Part shown: piece by piece, positions 9,540 to 23,014 of the stretch | How the letters are laid out: the number at the start of each line of letters is the position of its first letter | Numbering within the stretch: the first letter of the stretch is position 1 | NCBI RefSeq assembly: GCF_006345805.1 | Contig: NC_043004.1 | Location: 58,094,001 to 58,158,000 of the forward strand | Reading direction: 5' to 3' | DNA from: Octopus sinensis | Lineage: Eukaryota | DNA: 64,000 nt | Program-made: the position numbers and the translations under genes | The notes under the pieces: model-generated | What the model was told of the DNA's origin: nothing | Seen by the model: only the letters and a program-made list of their open reading frames with translations | Databases searched by the model: none

Positions 9540-12500
9540 AGAAGTCTATTTCTGCTTACCACAGGGAAGTCTGTTTCTGCTTACGACTGTATATGCCCCT
9601 GAAATAACTAGCAAAAATATGGTTCGTGCAACCCGATCATACTCGCTTGCGTGTAACAGCAATTCATTCTGGACATAAAAATGTGCCTAACTCTAGTTGA
9701 GCATTCTATACGGATATATTTGCACCAATGTAAAATCACTGTGCATCCAGATGTTATATAACATCTGATGCGCAGGGATTTTCACGCTGGCTGGTCGAGG
9801 AAAGCTGATTGCTTTCCAAAATCCATGCATGGAAAGTCATGTCATTATGCAACAAACATCCAGCTATCGCTCTCTTTAACATATCACGCGATTTCTGAAT
9901 GTTGTATAGCATGGAAAAGCATGAAGTAATGTGGACTACATGGAATGAGGTTTAATTTAAGTCAACTTTAGCTATTTCTCTAATATTTCGTGCTTTATAT
10001 ATTTTTTTACATCACTAACAAAATGGAGTGGGAGATTATAGATAAACAGTTACAGTGTTATTTTGGGAAATATTGGATTGTTACAGAGTCATGTCCTCGT
10101 GGTTATATCACTCGGTATAGTCTCTAGTGAGCTAAAGCTGTTTATGTTTATACGCTTGGTTAACTTAGAATTGAAATAGACATAAAAACTAGTGACCAGT
10201 AAGATCCATAAATATTTCTCTAAGCTGTAGCTTTGTAAAGTAAAATGACTGACAAACGAATCGAGTAACTGATAGTCGCCACCATCATTTTTATTGCCAA
10301 AAGTAGTAAGGGTGAAAGAAAATGAGAGAGAATTATAAAAAAAGAAACTCAAAGAATATACGACAATATCCTCCGCTGAATGTACGTTAGCCCTCATGAA
10401 TATTACACTTACCAACTGTAACTAATAATAAATGCATTATTTGAAATATTTGAAAGAATTTACAGTTTAATTAGTTCGTCCTTCCGACATTGAAGTAATA
10501 CATTATCTTTTGCTTTAAGTCATTCAAACAATTCTTAGTCCGAATTAGGCTGAGATGTAAATTAGCTGCTTGCTAAAACCAAAAAGCTCACATCCGTCTC
10601 ATCCTTTATTTTAATATTTGTTATTCTGAAAAGTTATTTCTTCACTGGTCTTAACTTTTAAATTTTCTTCTTTGTCCTGATTTTCAAGATAAGTGTAATT
10701 GCACAATCTGAATTCGATTCATGTTCACTTTGAAAAGTTGTATTTTCCACTTGAGTATAATATAGGAAAATAAAGTACTAAAAGAAATAATTGCCGAAGG
10801 AAACACGAAAGCATCAAGTAAATGTGGGATTGAGTATAAAGATGATCATATTAAAGGAATAAGAAATCATGAAACGTACTAGAAAAGAAATTTGACAGTG
10901 AGTCATTGAGAAGTATTGTAGTGGAGACTGACATTCCGAGCAGGGAACATATATGAACGTAAGCTGGAATGTTTCAATGATGTATACTAAATTCCATCGT
11001 CCCAGATGCAAGGAAGAGTGTTAAAGTAAGCCTTGTCGACACTAAAAAGAGTTGAAATAAATTGCTTGATAAAAGAAAGCCAGCTTTATTTCATGAACAT
11101 ATGAAACAGGCCTTCGATGTCAGAGAGGGTTGATAAAAACGTTATCCGTCCTGTTGTTGCAGAATTTTGATGATCGCCGATGTCGTATTTTGATACTTGC
11201 TACTATAAGAGTAAGCTAGAAAAATATCCGTTATATGTTCATGTGGGATGAAGACCGAGTGTGTATGCGTGCATACATGCAGTGCAAGTGGAATTAGAGG
11301 CGAAATATTGAAATAATTTTTTTAAAATTTTTTACGTGGGATTAATAATTATTATTAGAGAATATTTTAGGTCAAATGGAGAGGTCCACGCAAAAGATCT
11401 GGTACAGTTATAGTTAACTTGATTTGGAGAAGTTTAGGTTTCTTATGGAACCCTCAACTATAACTATAATATGCCTTTACTGTTCCACCTTTTCATTGCG
11501 AAACCTTTAAATCCATTTTTGGTTCATGTCATCCCTTCCTTATACCATTTTTTCTTTGAAGTAAGTAAAATTGTTCTGCTCACTATAGCAAGAGATTCGA
11601 GATGCATTCATCTTTCTATTTATGAGTTTAGCTATATTCACTTCCGTCATCTCAGTTTCTATTTTAAAATATTACTTTCTCTTCATTTGAGCTTTTAAAC
11701 ATTTTTTTTTCTTCATTTGATTTTCACCTACAATCTTTATTAATCGTTTTCAAATGTTTCAGAGTAAGTAGATTTGTTTTGGTAGCTCTGGTAAACAATG
11801 TTTTATTTATCTTCTGTGTTATTATTTATTTATTTTTTATCCTTCTCTCTCTCTCTCTCCCTCCCTCCCACTCTTTCATTCGTTCTCTCACAACCATTGT
11901 GTATAGATTTGCAACAAAACAACCTTGGCTACAGTCCTAATTTCGTCTAGTCTATATTTCTCATAGTTAACATGGATCAGATCGATATTTATTAATAATG
12001 AAACAACGTCTCTTATGTTATACACGGCTGCAAAGATATTTTTTGTCATGTCTGAATAACTGGTTGGATAAAATCAAGGATTAGAACTGGTTATTTATAT
12101 TTTAAAAGCATTCTTTATTGAACAAAGGATTTTAATAAATGCATATTTAAATTTTGGTTTCCTCTATTAACAAAAAAATTACATCTTTTTTAATTGCTTA
12201 CTCAAATGAGGAAAAGCAATGCCCGTGACCCCTCTCAGTATTTCAGAGGGGATAAAATTATCTTCAGATTTGAAACCTAGTTTAAATACTTGAAACAAAG
12301 TGAACTCTATTAAGGGTATCTGAAGTTTAACTGGTAGTGACAAATCGGGTGAAAGATTAAACATGCCACCCAAAAACTGACACTAGGCTTCCAAAGAATT
12401 TCCTTCAACTAATTTCACTCATACATGCGTAATCACGTAACGAAAATAAACCGCTTTACATATAAAGCCACAAACAAAAACACATACGTAACTACATTTA

Positions 12501-13059
12501 CATATAAAAACCTTGTATTTGAATATATCAAAATAAAAATATTGATTTTTAATTTCTACAGCACGATGCCATATTAGCATTGGAGAAATACAGAGAATCT
12601 ACATATTTACAGTACTTCATTAATAATTATTTATTATTCTCTGAAAACACCCAGTCTAATTCAAAATAACAGGAATGCTTTGCTCATTGGCGATGACTGA
12701 ATAAACTCTAAACACAAGTTAAAAAACATTCTTTATGTTGATGCTCTGGAACATGTGAAAGGGCTAATGAACTTCTGCTAGGCATTAAATGGGTTGGCCT
12801 TTTTAATTGTCTTTATACTTCCGATTTACTCTTACAAACAAAATCAATTTAAGCGAGAAGGTAAATGGTTCAACTCCTAGTAATTTGCTAGTATTTCAGC
12901 GATTATCCATATCTAAAGTCAAATCAAGCAGGGTTGAAACTCAAAACTGAATGACAAATTTTACTCTGACTACATTTTATACAAACTGAGCTCCTCCAGT
13001 AAGAATGGTAAATAGCTTACACAGCTAATATTGTACCATAACAATATAACCCTTTCTGC

Positions 13060-13200
13060 TATAGGCATAAGGCCTGGGATTTTAAATTAGTCGATTACAC
13101 CGATCTCAGGGCTCAGCCGGTACTTATCTCATTGACCCCAAAATTATGAAAGCCAAAGTCAGTTTCGGTGGAATTTGAGTTCATAGTGAAAACCCGGAAG
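13060..13200 (-). mobile_element. Degenerate SINE B, tail type 2
   Basis: ctataggcataaggcctg tail, tagtcgattacaccga, ggtacttat, atgaaagccaaagtc, ggaatttgagttca. Confidence 0.55.
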
Positions 13201-13363
13201 AAAAACGGCTGAGCCTTATAATAACAAAATTATAAAATCAAATATGTTAGCGTCCCCTATAGAACACAATAGTTCACTTCATCTGTCATTTGATAGATTC
13301 ATCAGTGATATAAACAAACTAGAGTGATAGCATCGATATCAAGTAGCTAGCGTTGCAACTATA

Positions 13364-13582
13364 TATTTCTTTACTGCCCACAAGGGGCTAAACATAGAGG
13401 GGACAAACAAGGACAGACGAAGGGATTGAGTCGATTATATCGACCCAGTGCGAAACTGGTACTTTATTTATCGACCCCCAAAGGATGAAAGGCAAAGTTG
13501 ACCTCGGCGGAATTTGAACTCAGAACGTAGCGGCAGACGAAATACCGCTAAGCATTTCGCCCGGCGCGCTAACGTTTCTGCT
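13364..13582 (-). mobile_element. SINE family B, tail type 1
   Basis: Matches the B consensus; first ~12 nt of the head missing; tail abuts tata. Confidence 0.88.
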
Positions 13583-14944
13583 AGACTATAGGTCCGTTAT
13601 ACTGTCTGAGGATAACTCTCTGATTTCTTTTTCCCCTCATCTGGATACTATGAAAGTTTGTAGACGCTGCCTGCTTTTACTTTGACAAAGCTATAAGAAA
13701 ATTATATTTCGTCACCTATTAGAGTTCCAACGTTTACCACTTTATGATAAAGGTTTGAATTTTATACTCAATGTATAAGTCAAAATTTCTTTTTGAAGAG
13801 AAGTTTTTAGGCTTTAATCGTCGGCTTAAACGTCGCAATTTACGGCATATTCCTACTTAATTAATTATTGATACAATTGTCCATTAGTTAACTTGGTAAA
13901 ATATGCACAAGTAAATTTCAATGAATAGTAAAATAGCAGTTATTTCCCCATAGTATATGAGTACGAGAGCAGGAATGACGAGCTCTATATGTTGAAACGG
14001 TGCATTTGGATGGCTTCAGCTGAGTCAGTGAGTCTTGAACAATACCGGGTAACTTTCTAGGCGCAATCCCATGGTCATTCATACTCTCAGGGAAATTGGG
14101 CATGCAGTATGTATCAACTTATTTTTACACTACATATGATAGGTTGTTAGCTCATGTCCAATCAGACGGCGAAAAAGCTAAGCTCATATTATCCATTCGA
14201 ATGTTGATTAGAGTAATGACGACTTACTAATTAAATGCAAAGCACGCAGTTGGACGACGAAGAAAAGATAAAAGCTGTGTTATTATGTCTTTCTCAACAT
14301 TTTAATGCCGTAAATGAATCTATTAATTTCGAGAATTAAAATCATCCTTCATATTGCATTCACCTAGAATTAATGCGGCATCATACACTGACCACAAGAT
14401 CAATTTAAAACAAGCGAGCTAGATGAGAGAGAAAAAAGGAGGAAAAAGCCAATGGATAGCAAAAACATTAGAATTTATTTATAGTTTCAGACAGCAAATC
14501 ATACGCCGAGCAGCAACAACAGTATTAACAAAATAATAATAAACATAAGTAAGAACATGAATAAACTAAAACATAACCAAACAAAAAGACAAGTAGCTCA
14601 TCCGCAATAACACCCTGCAAGTGGCCAAAATTTACTGTTTATGGTGAAAGTGAAAAATCATAATTTTGTATTCTGCCAAAATTTATAGTGTTTTAATTAC
14701 TTTAAATATGGCGATATTTTGAAAAAGATTTTCGTTTAAGTCTGTTTATTTTGGAAAGATTCCCATTTTATTTAATTATCATTTGCAGTTGCAAGGAAAA
14801 GTTACTTCAAGAGATTAACTTTTTATTACTTTATCATTTCTTCATAGAATATTTCATCAAAATTTCAAATATAACGGCATATACTAAATAATAAAAAAAG
14901 GAGAGTAAAAGAGCCAACCAAATAAGGCTCCTACCGTTATCCTT

Positions 14945-15022
14945 TTATTTATTTTTACTTGTTTCAATCATTTGACTGCGGCCATGCTGGAGCACCGCCT
15001 TTAATCGAGCAACTCGACCCCG
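14945..15022 (-). mobile_element. 5'-truncated SINE A (tail only)
   Basis: ttacttgtttcaatcatttgactgcggccatgctggagcaccgcctttaatcgagcaactcgacccc. Confidence 0.85.
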
Positions 15023-16499
15023 AATAGTTTTAGTGTGTTAGAATCCTTATCATTTAACATTAACAATAAGAAAACTTTGGATGGTCATTAGAATTAATTC
15101 CTGTGTAGAGAGCGAAAACCCGTTCGAACAGAAACCCTAAAACAGTGCCACTTAGAATAAAAGGTCTACCCACACACAATGAAACGCCGTTCACGCGCAC
15201 GCACTTAAAACGGCACGTGTGATTGCGTATAAATGTCTCTGTAAATGAAAGAATGTGACTTCGATAAATATGCGTATGTACTAGAGTGTTTATCTGGTAA
15301 CCTCGGGTAACCTCGGGTAACATCGTGACTATGTTTTTGCCGCCGTGAGTAATATCAGGAGATATGGCGTATATAAAATAATCATTATTTAACATTTGTC
15401 AAAGTTGTTTTTACCTCTGTTTTCTTTTTCTTTTCCAGGATAATTTTCGTTAATTTCTCGCTTATTTTATTTTAATTCATATTTTCATGAAACAAGTAAC
15501 TAAAAAAAACTTTACACATACACCTGGGTGACGTTCGATTCACTCGTATATAAGCTGTTTAAACTTTTTAATTGCTGACAAAACGCAAGTGAGCGCCCCC
15601 CCCCCCCCCGCATGCGCGCTCACACACACACACACACTCACAAGAAATAGAATGATATATACAGACGTATGTACATTCTGCAGACATCACTGAACTGTTG
15701 TTTTAAAAAGTTATAAATGAAAACCTAAAACTAAGAATTTACATTAATGGAATGCTCAAATTGATTCCAGTTATATTGGCAACCTTTGAGATTGATTTGA
15801 TAAGCGAACAAATCATTTGTATTCCCATATATAAATATCGGCCAATTAAAACAGCTTATTTATGGCAAGAATCTGAAGTCGATTTGTTATTTTGGTAATA
15901 ATATCAATTGAAGTTATATCCTATATATTACAAATATATAATGACTGCAACATCGTAATCAATCCGTTTATATCTAAAATTGGAACTTAATAAGAAATGT
16001 CTAAAGGTCTACCAAACTTAATTACATTTTTTTTATTTATTTACCGAACTCAATTAGCAATGTCTGAAGAACTACTAAACTCTGAGTTAAATTTACTAAC
16101 TGTAGTTAATTTCTATTATACATGACAATTGTGATGACTTGTGTCCCATTGTATCAACTTGATCAATAAATAGAATTTCGAAAACTAAATTCCATATAAT
16201 GAAACGGCTTTGATTTATTTGGGAGTTACTGTCATGTGCTATAAAGTGACTTGTCGAAGCAAAGAGGGCTTGAGGACTTCAGTAAAGTATGTAAGGTCTC
16301 TCCACACGAAACGCTCAATTGTTCGCATTGCTGGATTCGAATTTTATTTCGTTAAATATAGAATCCTACTCATTTTAAAATGTGAACAAGCAAAATCGTT
16401 AGTGCATCACGGCTTTTGTTCCGACTCTCTATTCTGCGTTAATCAACCGAGGCTAAGTTCATATTTCGTCCTTCTGGAGTCGATAAAAAAGTACCAGTC

Positions 16500-16800
16500 T
16501 AGGCCGATGGAACGTCGGACTGCATGTCTTGCCTTGCCGTAGTTGTCGTGGCTCTTTGCGTTTAAGATTCAAATTCCATTATAACCTGCTTGGGTGGTTG
16601 ACTTAATCCGTCACACGATTGAATAGTACCACCGGTCAGCGTGGATGTTGCAAGTATTCGGATCAGATTTCCGGTTTCAGAGTACCTTGTTGCTTTCCTC
16701 CAGCCAGTCTTGAGCTTTCTATAAAGAGCCATGGGCTCTGCATGATTTTTTTTTAATGAAGTAATCCAAATTCTTAGTGATATCAAAGAGAAGTCTTCTT
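16500..16800 (-). pseudogene. Possible very degraded mariner/maT transposase C-terminal relic
   Basis: Frame SCRAHGSL*KAQDWLEES resembles the SAPAH...TQDWL segment; later KTCSPTF resembles ACSRF; heavy decay. Confidence 0.3.
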
Positions 16801-17754
16801 AGCTGAAATAATGTCAAAAGATCTGGCAGGTCAAATAGAACTCCATTGTCTTATCACCTATGACATGATCTGTCACGCTCAGTGACAGAGTTATGTTATA
16901 GAACGTAAGATAGCGGAATTATCTATGATTTCTTCTTGAGGATAAGCATTTTTTTTACACTAGTACCGTTGAATGAATATTACTGTAGCTTGTTTTAGCT
17001 ATCCAGTTTACATGAATCGTAGTTGAGCAAAGTAAGATTTAAATTCTGGATTCAAACTAAATAATGCAGTTCATTTAGTCAAAACATTCAGTCATTTCTT
17101 GCACCCCAAGGAATGCATGTATGTTTACTCGTCTTTTTGACGTTAAAATATTCTATCCATCTGTCTCTCATTCATACAGTTGGTTACAATTCAAATGGAA
17201 ACTGGTCATCAATATCTTTAAAAGTCTTCATCTCTTTGAAACGAGAACTACGTAAGATGCTCTAGATCGCTTGTCAGTATAACAGTTTGTATTATTGGTT
17301 AGTATAATAGCATGTATTATTGGTCGCTGAACTACTTCTAAATGTTATTGAATGAATCGAAAGGCTAAAGAGCACACCAAATTAGAACTGATTTACTACC
17401 GTATAATTAACAGTTATTTAACAGAAATCTTCATCTGCGTCGTAAATACACATCTATTGATATAAATCTCCAAAAAGAAAGCTACATTGGTTCGTTTTTA
17501 TCAGTATATTCCAGAGTTACACTTCTCTTTTGAACGGTACAATAGCAATTAGTTATTATTTTAGAGGAGCTTCTAAAGATATTTCTAATATGAATATAAT
17601 TTTCTTCTTTTCAAGTCCCAAATTACTTTACTCTTATATAGCGGATGTAATAGGCAACCGAGAAAACAAAAAAGGCACCAAGCAGAAATATAAAAAAAAA
17701 TTATTTCCAGAAAAATGGAACATTCTCCCTACTATATACATTAAAGAAACAAGC

Positions 17755-18345
17755 ATTTCAACAAAACTGCTCTCGGCCCCGATGCGTCGATAGAAGCGAC
17801 TACAAGCTAGGATTAGATGGTTCTATCTGAAACGTTCACCACATTCACGGCAGCCGCCAGTAAGTCCTTAGCACAGAGTGGTTGCCGGTCGGTCCCTATT
17901 GACGACATTCCTAATGTTGCAGTCTATAGGGTTCAAATCAAGTGCGCCATGATGCCGCATTGTGGAGAGAAGTCACATGATCACACGCTTCTCTTGAGTC
18001 TTTCCGGGCATGAACCGCATTCTTCCCTAGATGTAGGACTTGTGCTTAATGTATTGGCAGACTCGGTGATTACCTTCACTGACCTCCTGGAATTGCTGAT
18101 AATGTGCTCGACCTGCTGGACAAACTCGATGGCCTTAGTGAAGTTTCATCCTTGATAATGCTTCTTTCTTTTGATGAAGAATGACATGTCCTTGCTAGAC
18201 ATTTCCAGCTCTTTCTCGAATCTGAACACGAAGTGCGCAGTCACGTTCAAAACGCTGGCGATTGTCGGGTCACTGTAATTAGTGGCTCCACCTTCGAGCA
18301 AGGAATGACTTTTCATTTGCTGTGCCAGATTGCTATCTGTCATGC
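17755..18345 (-). pseudogene. Degraded Tc1/mariner (maT/DD37D-like) transposase with internal deletion
   Basis: N-terminal IASVLNVTAHFVFRFEKELE..IKRKKH..EFVQQVEHII; ALDLNPIDCNI (SPDLNP motif); C-terminal ILACSRFYRRIGAESSFVE; stops and frameshifts; central catalytic region missing. Confidence 0.7.
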
Positions 18346-18534
18346 TAATACCGTTGATACATATGAAAGATAAGAAAGCAAAAATCTGGCGCTGTCAAGC
18401 AGTATTTAGCTTAAGTCGTTTTCTAGTCATGGTCTACTAAAGTGCATTCATAAATACTCCGCACACTTTGAACAATATTTGCAAGAATATGTTTGTGTAG
18501 CGGTCTTGTGTCCTTTGAGTTTATTGTATAAAAA

Positions 18535-18616
<82 letters not shown>

Positions 18617-20341
18617 CACGTGTGTGTAGGGGGGGGGATTTGAAAAGTATCATTAAAAACTCAAGCAATTATGCAAAAAGCAAAAGTACATGATGGAGGT
18701 CGGTTCGGCAAACGACGGAGTATAAAACAATGGTCAGCAGATCATTAGATAAAAAGCGTTATTTTGTCTTTAAAATAATTCTAATGTTTCATTAATATTA
18801 ATGCCTAATGCATTTATTTCCAATGAGGATAATAGTGGTCGACAATGACGCTTTTATTATCATCATCGTCGTCGTCGTCATCATCATCATCATCATCACC
18901 ACCACCATCATTATCATCATCATCATCATTATTATTATTATTACTTGCTTGCAGAAATAATAATAATGCAGACCATATTGACTGGATGTGTTTCATTCAG
19001 AAAAATATTGAAGTCTTATGTTTTTTTCTTTTTCTAATGTTTGTAGTAGCTGTAGCAAACTAAACTCCAGCATTGACAATTCCAAATTGACAGTATTTTA
19101 AACAAGAACAACAATATTAATTTATCATCATTAGATTTTAGACCAGTCTTGTCGGGAAAGGAACGTACATTTGCGTAAGATATATTATTTATTTCATATA
19201 GAATTGAGTCCTATATGTCATCATCTCTACGGTTAGCATTAAGTAATGTATCTTTTCATTGTATCGGTTTTAAAGGGAGAAAAATAATCGATTTTAATAG
19301 GAGGAATTAATTTTACTGAATTCAGAGAAACGTAAGATAAAGTCAATCTTAGATTTGAACTCAGGAAAAACTGAGCAACTGATTTCAGTATGAAGAAAAT
19401 TAGCCAAATTCTTTACAGTATGAGTTAACTCATCCTCTTGAACTTAATATTCCTTTGTCTAAACTGTAATATTTTATCTTTCCTCTGGAATCAACGTTGC
19501 CAACCAGTTATGTTTCATTAATACTTTAATAATCATTTTGCAGCTAACATGATTTGTTACCGTGGTCTGTCTTCGATCTTATTAAAATTTCATCCATAAC
19601 TTTATGGTTGTGGTAAATTTCGTCACATACTTGACAATCACAGAGATACATTCGTTGTGATTGTTAATTGAATTTAAGGGAGCTAAGATCGGTATAATAA
19701 CACAATCTATTGAGATGGGAAGTTGTAATGATCAATTGTTAAGGAACTTTATTTTGCTTTTCATTACTTAGGTCGATATTACTTTTAGCTCCCAGACTCC
19801 TCACCCCAGTTTGAGATGCCTGATATCATCCTAGGTCTGTACAATAAATATCAGTCCACACGTCTTCTTTAAGTGGTCACAACCGATGTGTTTCGCAACA
19901 TTGAGTCAGGAATTTTCTTGCATTAGCTTTACAGATCCACAATTATTTATGTCATGTGTTTGTACTAATAGCATAAAAGTGGTTGAGATGTCTTAGTTCT
20001 ATGTCCGAAATATAACATTAGAAATTGCTTATTGTGTAGCCCAAAAGTAACGGTTAGCAAAATCACTCTCCTATAATTGCGTTGAGTAATAATAGTATAG
20101 ACGGGGTGAATGTGTCCAAAAACTTTTTTCGTCTTATACCTAAGCCATTTGATGTTGTGAGCCTGATGTACGTACTATCAACACTCGGACTCAAAAGAAG
20201 CTGCTGCCTTGCAAAATGGAATATGAATACTAAAGGCTGCGGAACTAGTCCTAACATAAAGGTTGCTGGAGTTTTACCCACAGTATACTATTAGTAAATT
20301 AGCAAGATGGATTCACAAGTCTACATGAACTGGAGACGATA

Positions 20342-20686
20342 TCTTTATATATAAAAGAGAGGTTGTGTGCTGTCTGTCTCCTAACTACTCCCACATTTTG
20401 CGGTGCAGTTTACCCCTTCTGGGTATTAGCGCGCGTCTACGATGAGTCTACGATTTAAAAAAAAAATTACCATCAATTTTTCCAATTTTTAATGCATTTT
20501 TGGCATATATAAGGGAAGTAACTCTCTAAAAATTTATTATTAAATCTCAGAACGTAAAAAAGATACAGTACCCCCTCCCCCTTTGTGGTTAGCCATATTG
20601 AGATGGCTATTATACTTTACATCTCTAAAAATGCTTATATAGTTATTTCCCTTACAAACCCGAGCAACGCCGGGCGATACTGCTAG
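20342..20686 (+). mobile_element. Non-autonomous Helitron, copy 2
   Basis: A|TC start; hairpin cccg-agcaacgc-cggg at 20659-20674; CTAG|T end; one internal unit plus ~100 bp not seen in copies 1 and 3. Confidence 0.85.
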
Positions 20687-22084
20687 TAATCGATAAAATC
20701 TCTTAAAATGTTGCTTCTACATGACCCATAGTCCGAAGACTGAATCCAGTAAACACAAAAATAAAAGGATGAAGCGACTATCTACAAATACTTGATAGCT
20801 AAATAAAAGAAATAGCAAGAAACATTTTCGCTCATTGATATATTTGTGATATTTGTCTTTTATCGTTTTCTAAATATAGTTAAGTCAAGTGAAGAAAGAG
20901 AGAGGCTTAGGAGCATAATACGAAATAAAGCCAGCAGGCAAACTGGTTACGAAAACATATACAAAAACAGAACGAAGCCATCGTATCAGAAGCTCATTAG
21001 GACATTACACCAAATTGCAATGAAACAAATAGTTTCCAGCTTTCTCTTCTTTCTGCCATTTACTTCTTCCCCCATTTCTGGCATTTACTTCTCCGTCTTA
21101 TCTTATTTTCATTAAAATTCTTTGCTCTTCGATTAAAATAAATGAAGGTTTAACTTATTGCCTGTAAATACAATTCAGTGTCACTATACGAAAATAAATT
21201 CCCACTTAAATATATTTAAATTTTGTACCGTAGTTTCATTTGCTTTCACCATTACTACCACCAATACTACCACTACAGTCTAAATAACCAAATCTAATTT
21301 CCAGCAATTACATTTCGTGGAAAATGGTAACAACAAATATATTTGTTTATCTCAATGTTATTAAAGTAAACTAAATGAAATAAGCAAAAACACTACCAAA
21401 AATATAAAAGAAAAATTCAAAACGAGACATTATTTCCATTTTTGTCAGGGCTGTTTCATTGTTCTGGTAGAACATTTCTTTCCCAAATTGAGTGTTTATC
21501 TGATAAATATACATACGCATGCATTTATGTGTGCGTGAGAGCAAGACTGTGTGTGAATGTCATCATACATTGTCAAATATCAAATCAAACTCCAGCTTAT
21601 AAATTATATATAATATTTGAAAATTATTTAGTTTAAGTTATGAAGTCGAAATAAATTTTCGCAAAAGGAAGAAAGAATTATATTTACACACAAAGGTTCA
21701 CATGCAAATACATACATACGTATAGCTGAATATTTCAGGTGCTCGCATCGCAATCCTGAGATCCTGCGTGCAAACGAAAAAGCATGGACAAGTGCAGTTT
21801 TCAATAACCACGAGTGAACACACATTTTTATAAGTGAAACAGGGTTGCCAGAAACTGTGTCGAAGCTGGTGGATGTTCTGTACCTACAATTTAAAGGTCC
21901 AGCCATGCCACACTCTCACGCTGATTCTTGAGAATTACGTTATGGCTACACGTGTCTGTAGAATGATCGGTCACCTACACGTTAATCAGTTGATCAAAGA
22001 ACTGAAAGGTGGAAACTGGCTGATATACATACATATAGATACACAATCACACACGCACACTCACACAAACATATATGTATACTA

Positions 22085-22296
22085 TTTTACTTGTTTCAGT
22101 CATTTGACTGCGGCCATGCCGGAGCACCGCCCCTAGTCGAGCAACTCGACCCCGGGACTTATTCTTTGTAAGCTCAGTACTTATTCTATCAGTCTCTTTT
22201 GCTGAACCGCTAAGTGACGGGGACGTAAACACACCAGCATCGGTTGTCAAGCAATGCTAGAGGGACAAACACAGACACACAAACATATATACACAC

Positions 22297-22340
<44 letters not shown>

Positions 22341-22481
22341 TATTACATATATATATATATATATATATATGTATGTCGTATATATATATATATATATGTC
22401 GTATATATATATATAATATATATATATATTATATATATTATATATATATATGTATGTCGTATATATATATATATATATGTC

Positions 22482-22537
<56 letters not shown>

Positions 22538-22621
22538 ATATATATATATTATATATAATATATATATATATATGTATGTATATATATATATTATATATAT
22601 ATTATATATATATACATATAT

Positions 22622-22664
<43 letters not shown>

Positions 22665-22665
22665 C

Positions 22666-22738
<73 letters not shown>

Positions 22739-22912
22739 GACATACATACGACAGGCTTCTTTCAGTTTCCGTCTACCAAATCCATTCACAAGGCTTTGGT
22801 CGGCCCGAGGCTATAGCAGAAGGCACTTGCCCAAGATGCCACACAGTGGGACTGAACCCAGAACCATGTGGCTGGTTAGCAAGCTACTTACCACACAGCC
22901 CACTCCTGCGCC
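22085..22912 (-). mobile_element. SINE family A with ~460-bp expanded internal (TA)n
   Basis: Both A halves intact around TA-rich 22284-22740; head abuts (GATA)n. Confidence 0.9.
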
Positions 22913-22929
22913 GATAGATAGATAGATAG

Positions 22930-23014
<85 letters not shown>
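22913..23014. repeat. (GATA)n microsatellite
   Basis: About 25 tandem units. Confidence 0.98.

Noticed and set aside
10089-10415. 108-aa hydrophobic ORF suggesting a membrane protein
   Set aside because: Hydrophobicity is explained by T-rich composition; no motif, and the start overlaps a donor-like GTAAGT.
10800-11200. Possible mariner relic (YPSCC.. resembling HPPYSPD)
   Set aside because: Too degenerate to distinguish from chance.
12202-12376. Candidate minus-strand exon (FLGGMFNLSPDLSLPVKLQ...GIAFPHL) with a GTAAGC donor
   Set aside because: Weak acceptor, no recognisable homology and no partner exons; cannot be supported without BLAST or RNA-seq.
16860-16900. Pre-miRNA-like hairpin (ctgtcac-gctca-gtgacag, with extension)
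   Set aside because: Only ~40-45 nt with several G-U pairs; too short for a precursor.
18845-19063. Poly-Ser/Asp ORFs
   Set aside because: Mixed CAT/CGT/CAC/ATT trinucleotide microsatellite with no flanking coding signal.
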